Shown in pieces: positions 8,181 through 15,125 of a stretch of 32,321 nucleotides of DNA. Below the pieces are notes generated by a model. The model worked only from the letters and a program-made list of their open reading frames with translations. It was not told the origin of the DNA and did not search any database. The translations under genes were made by a program, and so were the position numbers. This DNA is from an uncultured Candidatus Saccharibacteria bacterium (GTDB lineage: Bacteria > Patescibacteriota > Minisyncoccia > Phycocordibacterales > VMEP01): positions 1 to 32,321 of the forward strand of contig CAYHZS010000002.1 in NCBI GenBank assembly GCA_964361185.1. The letters are read 5' to 3'. Position 1 is the stretch's first letter. Each line of letters opens with the position of its first letter.

Positions 8181-8366
8181 ATGAAAATAGTTGATTATTT
8201 GAGAGAAACAAGAGGAGAGCTTAAGCATGTATCCTGGCCGACCAAATCGCAGACAGTTGCTTTCACGGTGATTGTAATTATCGTTTCTTTTGCCGTCGCT
8301 TATTTCTTGGGAGTTTTTGATTTCGGATTCGCTTACCTTTTAAAACAGTTTATCCTGAATAAATAA
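8181..8366 (+). CDS. secE: Preprotein translocase subunit SecE
   Basis: 61 aa with ELKHVSWPTKSQT followed by a single TM helix. It occupies the canonical position before nusG. Confidence 0.85.
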   Translation: MKIVDYLRETRGELKHVSWPTKSQTVAFTVIVIIVSFAVAYFLGVFDFGFAYLLKQFILNK

Positions 8367-8367
8367 T

Positions 8368-8913
8368 ATGGCTAAACAAGAAGTACACGGGGAGAGAAAT
8401 TGGTACGCTATACATACTTATGCCGGCTATGAAAATGCTGTGATGCGCAATTTGAAACAGCGGGTGGAGTCTCTCGGCATGGAAGATAAGATTTTTAACG
8501 TAGTAGTTCCCACAGAGACTATTATTAAGGTTAAAGGAGGGAAGCGCGTGGAAAACGAGGAAAAAATTTACCCGGGTTACGTGCTCGTGGAAATGATTGT
8601 AACCGACGATTCGTGGTACGTCGTGCGCAACACTCCTAGGGTAACCGGTTTTGTTGGCGCAGGAGTGACTCCGGTACCTTTGAATAAGGACGAAGTGGAA
8701 ACCTTGTTCAAGAGGATGAAAAATGATACCGTAAAGCACAATGTTAACTTTGAGATTGGGGATGCGGTAATTGTGTCTGATGGACCGTTCAAGGAATTTG
8801 AAGGTAAGGTGTCGGAAGTGGATGATGCCCGCGGAAAGGTAAAGGTGCTGGTTTCAATGTTCGGACGAGAGACGCCGGTAGAATTAGATTTTTTACAAAT
8901 CAAAAAAATCTAG
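8368..8913 (+). CDS. nusG: Transcription termination/antitermination factor NusG
   Basis: WYAIHTYAGYENAV in the NGN domain and GDAVIVSDGPFKEFEGKVSEVD in the KOW motif. Confidence 0.95.
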   Translation: MAKQEVHGERNWYAIHTYAGYENAVMRNLKQRVESLGMEDKIFNVVVPTETIIKVKGGKRVENEEKIYPGYVLVEMIVTDDSWYVVRNTPRVTGFVGAGVTPVPLNKDEVETLFKRMKNDTVKHNVNFEIGDAVIVSDGPFKEFEGKVSEVDDARGKVKVLVSMFGRETPVELDFLQIKKI

Positions 8914-8916
8914 AGA

Positions 8917-8944
8917 CTAACGACCCACAACCCACGACCAAAGA
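8917..8944 (-). repeat. Heptad array B (C/A-strand form): CTAACGA CCCACAA CCCACGA CCAAAGA
   Basis: Four 7-mers just after the nusG stop. It is an imperfect complement of array C (about 15 of 20 pairs in the best register). Confidence 0.75.
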
Positions 8945-8980
8945 TACGAGGTCAAGGAATTTGTATCTAACATCGTTTTA

Positions 8981-9015
8981 TTGTAGGTTGTAAGTTGTCA
9001 GTCGTAAGTTTAAAT
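8981..9015 (+). repeat. Heptad array C: TTGTAGG TTGTAAG TTGTCAG TCGTAAG TTTAAAT
   Basis: Five 7-mers end 3 nt before the rplK ATG. Confidence 0.8.
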
Positions 9016-9018
9016 AAT

Positions 9019-9441
9019 ATGGCCAAGAAAATAACAAAGAAAATAAAGCTTCAGATTTCAGCGGGAAAGGCGACACCTGCTCCTCCTTTGGGGCCCGCGC
9101 TCGGACAGGCAGGGGTCAATATCGGTGACTTTGTCACTAAATTCAATGCTGCCACCCAGAAAATGATTGGGGATACGGTTTCGGTTGTAGTTTCAGTATA
9201 CGAGGACCGAACGTTTGATTTCATTGTTAAAACTCCGCCGGCGTCGGGTCTTATAAAGAAGGCGGCCGGAGTGGAGAAAGGTTCCGGCAAACAGCTCGTG
9301 ACCAAAGCTGGGAAAATCACCAAAGCCCAACTCCGCGAAATCGCCGAAAAAAAGATGCAGGATTTAAATGCCCATACTGTTGAGCAGGCTATGAAAATTA
9401 TCGAAGGCTCCGCTCGCTCAATGGGGATTGATGTGAAGTAA
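9019..9441 (+). CDS. rplK: 50S ribosomal protein L11
   Basis: [26 protein letters not shown] is the L11 signature. The ATG at 9019 is preferred. The ORF-track start at 8995 reads through the heptad array. Confidence 0.95.
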   Translation: MAKKITKKIKLQISAGKATPAPPLGPALGQAGVNIGDFVTKFNAATQKMIGDTVSVVVSVYEDRTFDFIVKTPPASGLIKKAAGVEKGSGKQLVTKAGKITKAQLREIAEKKMQDLNAHTVEQAMKIIEGSARSMGIDVK

Positions 9442-9444
9442 TAA

Positions 9445-9479
9445 CCTACGAATAACGACCTATAACTAACATCTAAAAA
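9445..9479 (-). repeat. Heptad array D (C/A-strand form): CCTACGA ATAACGA CCTATAA CTAACAT CTAAAAA
   Basis: Five 7-mers start 4 nt after the rplK stop, in opposite orientation to array C. Confidence 0.75.
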
Positions 9480-9480
9480 C

Positions 9481-9510
9481 AAAACCCGCCAATTCGGCGG
9501 GTTTTGTTTT
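9481..9510 (+). terminator. Intrinsic terminator after rplK
   Basis: AAAACCCGCC, loop AATTC, then GGCGGGTTTTGTTTT. Confidence 0.8.
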
Positions 9511-9590
9511 TAAGGGCGGGTTGTGATAGGTATATGTGTAGAAACGTAAGGTTTTGCGATTTGGCACTTAAGTCAAACGGAGGTGGTTTA

Positions 9591-10151
9591 ATGAAAAAAG
9601 TGACGTCTCTTCGCGAACTCAGGATGCTTATGAAGGATTTTGGCGTAGATACAAGCACTTGGGGTAGAGATAAAGCCAAAACTCTGACCCATCTTTTTTG
9701 CGAAGTCAGGGATGGTGAATGCGCTCTTGCCGTAACCGATGACGGCAGACTGGTCAGAGAGGTTTCCGTTCTCTGTCTGGATATTGAGTACAAGGGAATG
9801 GTTTTGAGAGAGGACTTCCAGCTTTTCTACGAGGGCAAGCGCCGACGCGAAAGGGAGCTTGATGCGTCAACGGGCGAAAAGTTTAAGCCTGGAGAAACAC
9901 CGGAACAAGCCCTTAGCCGCTTGGTCAACGAGGAGTTCCCGATCCTGTCCCTTCAGCCCAAAGAAGATTTCAAGTTTACGGGGGATAAGTTCAGGGAGTC
10001 AGACAGCGTAAGTTACCCCGGACTCCATACACGCTACCGACTGTGCTTTTTCGCGGTTGAGCTTACAGTGGAACTGCCGGCGATAACTGTCCAGGAGCCT
10101 GACAAGCTTGTGGCATACAAGTGGGTTGCCTCACCCACGCGGTCAACGTAA
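9591..10151 (+). CDS. Hypothetical protein, 186 aa, GC-richer orphan with a degenerate Nudix-box-like segment
   Basis: Strong SD GGAGGTG 5 nt before the ATG at 9591. GEKFKPGETPEQALSRLVNEEFPI resembles Gx5Ex7REUxEExGU, but with one extra residue and RL in place of RE. Confidence 0.55.
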   Translation: MKKVTSLRELRMLMKDFGVDTSTWGRDKAKTLTHLFCEVRDGECALAVTDDGRLVREVSVLCLDIEYKGMVLREDFQLFYEGKRRRERELDASTGEKFKPGETPEQALSRLVNEEFPILSLQPKEDFKFTGDKFRESDSVSYPGLHTRYRLCFFAVELTVELPAITVQEPDKLVAYKWVASPTRST

Positions 10152-10165
10152 CCAAGATGCGTAGC

Positions 10166-10199
10166 ATTGCCAGCCAACGAAAAGGACTGGCAATTTTTA
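10166..10199. terminator. Terminator between converging genes (orphan + / HAD operon -)
   Basis: ATTGCCAG pairs with CTGGCAAT, followed by TTTTT. Confidence 0.7.
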
Positions 10200-10208
10200 T
10201 CCCTATTT

Positions 10209-10865
10209 TTAAAGATACTTTTCGAGTTCAAGCAGGGAGGAGAGCTGCGGGCAATCAACGCCATCGTTTTTTTCTTTGATATTCACTAAAATACTTTTTA
10301 CTCCTATATTTTTTGGAACTTCATAGTCACTCATAACCCTGTCGCCGATATAAAGGAAATTTTCCGGAGGCAAATCATAAAAAGACAGCCATATTTTATA
10401 AGCTGAGCCGTCTGATTTTGAAGCGTCATCTTTAGTGATAATGTGGCTGAAGATTTCTTTGCCGATGTCGAGCTTCTTAAGTTTTCTATGGGTTATTGAA
10501 CCGTTAGATCCGGTGATTACATCCAAATTTTTATATTTTTCTTTAAGTTTTTTTAAAAGATTTATAGTCTCCGGGTTTGGAACGAGGAATGAGGCTATGT
10601 CGGCCCTCTCGAGCGCTTCCTGGACGATTTCTTTTCCGTTTGGTATCTCCAGAGTCGCAAGCGCCTTGCTCCCTCCCATACCCGCTCCATCTTTGTAAAG
10701 ATCGGCGAAAAGCGCCCTCGCCTCTCCCAAGGAGCACTTTTTGCTCGCGGCAATTTTTTCATAAATATATTTTTGAATTGCCTCGTCAATTTCCGGCGAT
10801 TTCGGATACAGAGTCTGGTCAAGATCAAAGCCAATGACTTTAGTTTTATTTTTGTAATCAATCAT
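10209..10865 (-). CDS. HAD-superfamily hydrolase, resembles pyrimidine 5'-nucleotidase (SDT1-like) subfamily
   Basis: FDLDQTLY motif I, ITGSN motif II region and YIGDRVMSD motif IV. Its ATG overlaps the stop of the upstream 803-aa gene (ATGA). Confidence 0.75.
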   Translation of the reverse strand: MIDYKNKTKVIGFDLDQTLYPKSPEIDEAIQKYIYEKIAASKKCSLGEARALFADLYKDGAGMGGSKALATLEIPNGKEIVQEALERADIASFLVPNPETINLLKKLKEKYKNLDVITGSNGSITHRKLKKLDIGKEIFSHIITKDDASKSDGSAYKIWLSFYDLPPENFLYIGDRVMSDYEVPKNIGVKSILVNIKEKNDGVDCPQLSSLLELEKYL

Positions 10866-13273
10866 TGTGTAAAAGCGACGTAAAACAAAGAAAGGTTCCC
10901 AAGGGGATATCCAAGTGTTTCACTGAATTTTGTCGATATATAGTTTAGTAATTCAAGGTCTTCTTTTTGTTTGCTAATGGAATGGTTCATAAAGACTGCC
11001 GTCGCGTGTACTTTACCGCCCATTACGTTCGCCTGGAAGAACGCCAAATAGTCTCCCTGAGGGTCCATTTTTCCGGCTTTGTACTCCGTTAAAATAGGAT
11101 TATTATGCATTACTCCTTTTTCTTTAAGATAGAAAATAGCTTTTTCAATTGTGTTTACACCCTCCATATTTTCCAGCCGGTCGAGAATAAAATTATTTGG
11201 TCGCGAAGCTATTTTCTGAAGAGGGACAAAGCTATAAGCAACACCGGTTTCATTCGCCAAAGGAAACTTGGTGTTTTCGGCTAGCTGGTATGGTCCGCTT
11301 TTTGAATCAATTTCATCCATCGGTTTAGATGGTTCGCTCATCAGTTTTTTAGACCGCTGTTCTTCAGTCAGAAGGAGTATGTTTGCTCTACTTGATAACA
11401 TATACATATCTCCGGGTTTCGCGCCGAGTTTCTCTCTAACGGTGCATATATAAGCGTCATGAAGACCAAATATATTTTCGGGGTACGCATTCACGGTATT
11501 ATGGGCGCGAGCTATGTGAAATGAGTGCAGATGTCCGTTTTGCAGAAAAAAAATATCATGAGTAAGGCACGGGTCGTGCGTGTACTTTGTTTTGCCGGTG
11601 TCCGGGTCGGTATAGCTTCTCATGTCTTCTACCGGGTCAAAGCGCTGTATTATAGCGGCTCTAGTCGGATTATTTTTTAGAACAAGGGCGGTTTTAGGGA
11701 GCTGATCAAAGCCAAAAAACACCCTCGTGCGTTCCCCGTAGCTATAGTCGCCATCATGGTCAAAACGCAGAAGCTGGGCTTTGTAAGCCTCACGTATTTC
11801 TTCAGTACTTCTCTCTCCCTGTTTGTATATTGCCGAAAGCGAGGCCAGCGCTTTTGCGGCATTGCGGTAAATCGCGAGCATTACCGCGGAACGAGCCGAC
11901 CCTTTTTGCTTATCGCCGTGTTCTTCCGTAAGTCCTTGAGTATATATTTTCATAAGGACTTGCTTATGTACGTCTAAAAAATTATCCCCGTCGGCTATGA
12001 GTAGGGGAAGACTCTCCGTATTAATCTTGAAAATGTTTGGGAAGTCTTGAATAAAAGCGTAATTAAACGAAGCGGCTATGGTGGCCCGGCCGATTTGCCC
12101 ACCAATGTCAATTCGGTGCAGTATGTCCATTTCGTAGTTCTCAAAGCGGTTATTTTCGGACAGCCATTCAAAAAGCCCGCCGATTTTTAGAGATCGCAGT
12201 TCGAAAACTTCCTCGCAGACATCAAAAGCGAGGCACATTACCGCTACTTGGCTCTCCCTTACGTTAATTTTGTAATAATATTTTTTATCGGTTATGAGAG
12301 AAACTTTTGATTCAAGCATTATTTCTTTTTGCCCGGTAAGGTTCTTTGATTTCACGAAAGAAGGGAATTTTATTTCATTTTTTATCTCCGCGCTTACGCG
12401 GGCAATTTCCGCTCCCAGGAAAAACTGGTTTAAGTTGCCTATTTCTTTTTTCCTGTCGCCTAAAAATTTCATAAGGGAATATTCAAGCAAAAATTCGTCC
12501 GGACTTTTTATAAAAAAAGTGTCTTCACCTACCCTGATATCCAGGCGGATTAATCCTTTTTTGTTTTGCACTATAAAATCAACTTCAGGGACAAATTCTT
12601 TCGGAGGTATGTCTATTTTGGGTGGTTGCAGATGCTGAAATTCTTTCGGGTCAAGCTCCACAACTCCGCGTTCTTTAGGCGCGGATGCTCCAAGGAGAGA
12701 CACAAGCTTGTTCAATGAGTCGTAATATATTTTCCCTGTTTCGTTCGCTTCTTTCAAAAATTCATATACGTCTGATGGCAGTTTTGGACGCGCCCATTCC
12801 AGATAGTCAATGACTATCTTCTTGCCGTAATCGTTCTTGTACATGAACATCGGTAGGACTGTTATATTGTCGCGGAATGAATCCACTATTTTTTCGGAGA
12901 GGCTCGGGTAGTGTGACGAGGCCGCCTTGCCGTTTATTATCTGGTGGTCGCGGTCTTCGATGTTGATTCCATACTGAAGCGCCAAGAGAAGATTCGTGCT
13001 TGGTGAAAAGGTGAGCGACTCCTCGGAGAAAAGTATGAGATATGAGAGCGTGGGGTGGGACAGGGAATTTAGTATCATTCTTTCGGCCCCATCCCGGCTT
13101 ACGATAAGAGAACCCAAGACCGAAACAAAACGCCGTTCCTTTCCCTCAAGTTCATTCAGCACCTGTCCCGGGGCGGTGGTGTTGGTGCAGATGCCTATAA
13201 AACCGTCTTTACCCTCAGGTGGAGTTAAGAGAAGCGCATCCACTATCGGGAATTGGGAAATTTTTACAGCCAT
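10862..13273 (-). CDS. 803-aa fusion of an MtrA-like domain, two DUF4346-like modules, a thymidylate-synthase-fold domain and a degenerate TS-like C-terminal segment
   Basis: Residues ~1-165 (nt 12779-13273) align by eye to MtrA: G.L....DGAE..I.NSLSHP.LSYLILFSEES...L..GI......I.G. Residues ~228-412 (nt 12038-12592) hold two modules ending FLGAEIARVSAEI and RIDIGGQIGRATIAASFNYAFIQD. Residues ~425-640 (nt 11354-12001) carry YGER...FDQLPKTALVLKNNPTRAAIIQRFDP...DPCLTHDIFFLQNGHLHSFHIARAHN...YPENI, with the Cys codon at 11567-11569. Confidence 0.7.
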   Translation of the reverse strand: MAVKISQFPIVDALLLTPPEGKDGFIGICTNTTAPGQVLNELEGKERRFVSVLGSLIVSRDGAERMILNSLSHPTLSYLILFSEESLTFSPSTNLLLALQYGINIEDRDHQIINGKAASSHYPSLSEKIVDSFRDNITVLPMFMYKNDYGKKIVIDYLEWARPKLPSDVYEFLKEANETGKIYYDSLNKLVSLLGASAPKERGVVELDPKEFQHLQPPKIDIPPKEFVPEVDFIVQNKKGLIRLDIRVGEDTFFIKSPDEFLLEYSLMKFLGDRKKEIGNLNQFFLGAEIARVSAEIKNEIKFPSFVKSKNLTGQKEIMLESKVSLITDKKYYYKINVRESQVAVMCLAFDVCEEVFELRSLKIGGLFEWLSENNRFENYEMDILHRIDIGGQIGRATIAASFNYAFIQDFPNIFKINTESLPLLIADGDNFLDVHKQVLMKIYTQGLTEEHGDKQKGSARSAVMLAIYRNAAKALASLSAIYKQGERSTEEIREAYKAQLLRFDHDGDYSYGERTRVFFGFDQLPKTALVLKNNPTRAAIIQRFDPVEDMRSYTDPDTGKTKYTHDPCLTHDIFFLQNGHLHSFHIARAHNTVNAYPENIFGLHDAYICTVREKLGAKPGDMYMLSSRANILLLTEEQRSKKLMSEPSKPMDEIDSKSGPYQLAENTKFPLANETGVAYSFVPLQKIASRPNNFILDRLENMEGVNTIEKAIFYLKEKGVMHNNPILTEYKAGKMDPQGDYLAFFQANVMGGKVHATAVFMNHSISKQKEDLELLNYISTKFSETLGYPLGNLSLFYVAFTQ

Positions 13274-14148
13274 TTTTTACTAGACCATTGATTCGGCAAA
13301 AGCTCATCCAGAGAGTATTGCTTGAATTCCATTGTGTCTTTGGCGAAACAGTACAATTTAATATTCAAATCGTATTTGGCGCTTATTTCGGCCAGAAATT
13401 GTCGGCAGCATCCGCAAATCTCACACGGGGTGTCGGTAAATTTTGTTGACACTAAACCGAGCGCGGTAATTTTTGTTTTGTCGTTCATAAGGGCAAGGAT
13501 TGGCGCCGCCATTTCACTATGGATGCTTCCTCTTTTTTCAAAACTGGAATATTGCCCGGTATAGTATATTGTCCCGTCCTCCGTCAGCACGGCCGTGCTG
13601 TAGGCACTCGCGTTGTCGTAGGTATGGAAGCACTTGCTAAGCCCCTCATCAGCGTATTTCTTAAGCTGGTCTTTCACAGAAAGACTTTTGTCAAAGGTGG
13701 CTTTATTTTCGGAAATAACCGCTCCCGTTACTTTTGAGAGTATCTTTTGAGGCGGACGATAAAAACTGATTGTTTCGGAGATCTTTGGGGCCGAGAATAT
13801 CTCGCGCCCGTCCATGTCTATTATTCTATACCTGATTTCGCTACCGGTCCGCACGCAGAAATCAATCATGGTTTTTACCGTAAACGGATTTACCATAAAG
13901 CCGTCGCTTTTTTCCACTAGAGTTACCATTTCCTCCACTTCGTAATCGCTATGAGATACCGCCAAAAGAAGAGCCGATTGTTCCGAAGAAATGTTCAGTA
14001 GATTCGTGTCGGAGTCGATATTCGCCCCGCGGTATTTCCGCCCGCTTTTTGAATAGCAGACGGAAGAGGTCCGGTTCGCCCCCCCGATGACTTTTTTAAC
14101 GACAGCGAGAGGAAGCCCGTCTTTCAAATAAGATAACTCGTCAGCCAT
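13264..14148 (-). CDS. Tandem cytidine/deoxycytidylate-deaminase-fold protein (N-terminal half degenerate, C-terminal half with Zn motifs)
   Basis: The C-terminal half has SIHSEMAA...TPCEICGCCRQFLAE...LLPNQW, which matches the (H/C)AE...PCxxC pattern with HSE. The N-terminal half has SSEQSALLLAV and no PCxxC. Confidence 0.7.
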   Translation of the reverse strand: MADELSYLKDGLPLAVVKKVIGGANRTSSVCYSKSGRKYRGANIDSDTNLLNISSEQSALLLAVSHSDYEVEEMVTLVEKSDGFMVNPFTVKTMIDFCVRTGSEIRYRIIDMDGREIFSAPKISETISFYRPPQKILSKVTGAVISENKATFDKSLSVKDQLKKYADEGLSKCFHTYDNASAYSTAVLTEDGTIYYTGQYSSFEKRGSIHSEMAAPILALMNDKTKITALGLVSTKFTDTPCEICGCCRQFLAEISAKYDLNIKLYCFAKDTMEFKQYSLDELLPNQWSSKKWL

Positions 14149-14150
14149 AT

Positions 14151-15044
14151 TTAAATGTTGCTCCTTAACTTGCTGACACTCAACTGGGCGGCTTCCCAGT
14201 CATAATGTAGAGTTTTTTTAATGAAGTCGTTTAACAGATGAATTTTGTCTCTTTCGAGTCGCGGGTACATTTTTTCCGATTTCTTGCTGGTGAGGCGGAC
14301 AGTAGGAACAAATGAAACAGGAAAAGCGTAATACGGCAGAAGCGGGCGCCTTGGTGACTCTGGTTCCACCAAAATGGCTGTGATTGGCTTACCGAGTTTT
14401 TCTATGGCGTAGTCGATTCGGTGAGCACCGTCACAGATGATGTAAAAATCTTGCTTGCCGTTGTATCTTAGCCCGTAATTTATAATCGGAGCGTTCGAGT
14501 TGAAAACATCCAGATAATCTAGTTTGCTCACTTCGTCGATGTAGAATGAAGTTAGGAATCTCTTTGAAATGTTATGCAAATTATTGCGCGCGTCGGTTGT
14601 ATATGTATTTTCAAATCGTTTGCTGATTTTATCAAGGTCAAGATATCCATTTTTAAGTTCGTAGGTATGTTTTTCGATAATGGGTGGCAGTATGTGGAAA
14701 TCCCCGCGTCCCTCCCAATTGTACTGAAGCCCGTTTTTTAAGTTGTTTATACGCATTTTATGCGCGCGCAGAAATTTATCGACGGTATCAAAAACCTCCA
14801 TTTGGTTTTCGTAAATCGTCGGCTGGGGAGTAAAAAGATTGTGCTTTTTATCATCAACGGCTATTTTTGGAGACTGACCTATTTTTTGGGGTGGGTGTAT
14901 CGTAACCAGTTTAAATTTTGCCCGCTGGTATGGTTTTAGGGACATTCCTTTCTTATCAAAAAGTCCGCGAAAAACCACTTTCCGCAACATTGATGTCAGT
15001 TGGGCAAACGGGATTATCCCCTTCAAAACTAGCTTTTCTTTCAT
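14151..15044 (-). CDS. ParB/sulfiredoxin-fold-like protein (hypothetical, 297 aa)
   Basis: FYIICDGAHRIDYAIEKLGKPITAILVE matches the DGxHR core of the ParB/Srx fold. An upstream ILPPII segment is also present. There is no P-loop. Confidence 0.45.
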   Translation of the reverse strand: MKEKLVLKGIIPFAQLTSMLRKVVFRGLFDKKGMSLKPYQRAKFKLVTIHPPQKIGQSPKIAVDDKKHNLFTPQPTIYENQMEVFDTVDKFLRAHKMRINNLKNGLQYNWEGRGDFHILPPIIEKHTYELKNGYLDLDKISKRFENTYTTDARNNLHNISKRFLTSFYIDEVSKLDYLDVFNSNAPIINYGLRYNGKQDFYIICDGAHRIDYAIEKLGKPITAILVEPESPRRPLLPYYAFPVSFVPTVRLTSKKSEKMYPRLERDKIHLLNDFIKKTLHYDWEAAQLSVSKLRSNI

Positions 15045-15050
15045 TGTCTA

Positions 15051-15079
15051 AATATATAGTTAAGTTGGCGATGTTGCAA
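15051..15079 (-). promoter_or_regulatory. Putative sigma70-type promoter of the ParB-like operon: TTGCAA-17 nt-TATATT
   Basis: The -35 is at 15074-15079 and the -10 at 15051-15056. Only 6 nt separate the -10 from the ATG (15044) and there is no SD, which suggests a leaderless transcript. Confidence 0.5.
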
Positions 15080-15110
15080 TATTGAACAATTCTCTATTTT
15101 ACTTGCAATT

Positions 15111-15119
15111 TGCTACAAT
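15111..15119 (+). promoter_or_regulatory. Extended -10 element TGcTACAAT of dut
   Basis: It ends 6 nt before the dut ATG (15126) and there is no SD, which suggests a leaderless transcript. Confidence 0.5.
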
Positions 15120-15125
15120 ATTTTA

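Noticed and set aside
8113-8184. 23-codon ORF (MFRNLRSGVVRFTRTHFVLQENI) overlapping the secE start by ATGA; considered as a possible rpmG (L33) remnant, since L33 often precedes secE
   Set aside because: It is too short and has no L33-like Cys or Lys pattern. It is probably a chance ORF in the leader.
8995-9018. N-terminal extensions in the ORF track (8995 rplK, 25983 transporter, 27211 metG, 30166 ssb, 4938 DoxX, 2516 UDG, 6061 VKOR, 9504 orphan)
   Set aside because: The extensions begin at non-ATG codons or read through heptad arrays or promoter boxes. They add residues not found at the conserved N-termini of these families, so the internal ATGs fit better.
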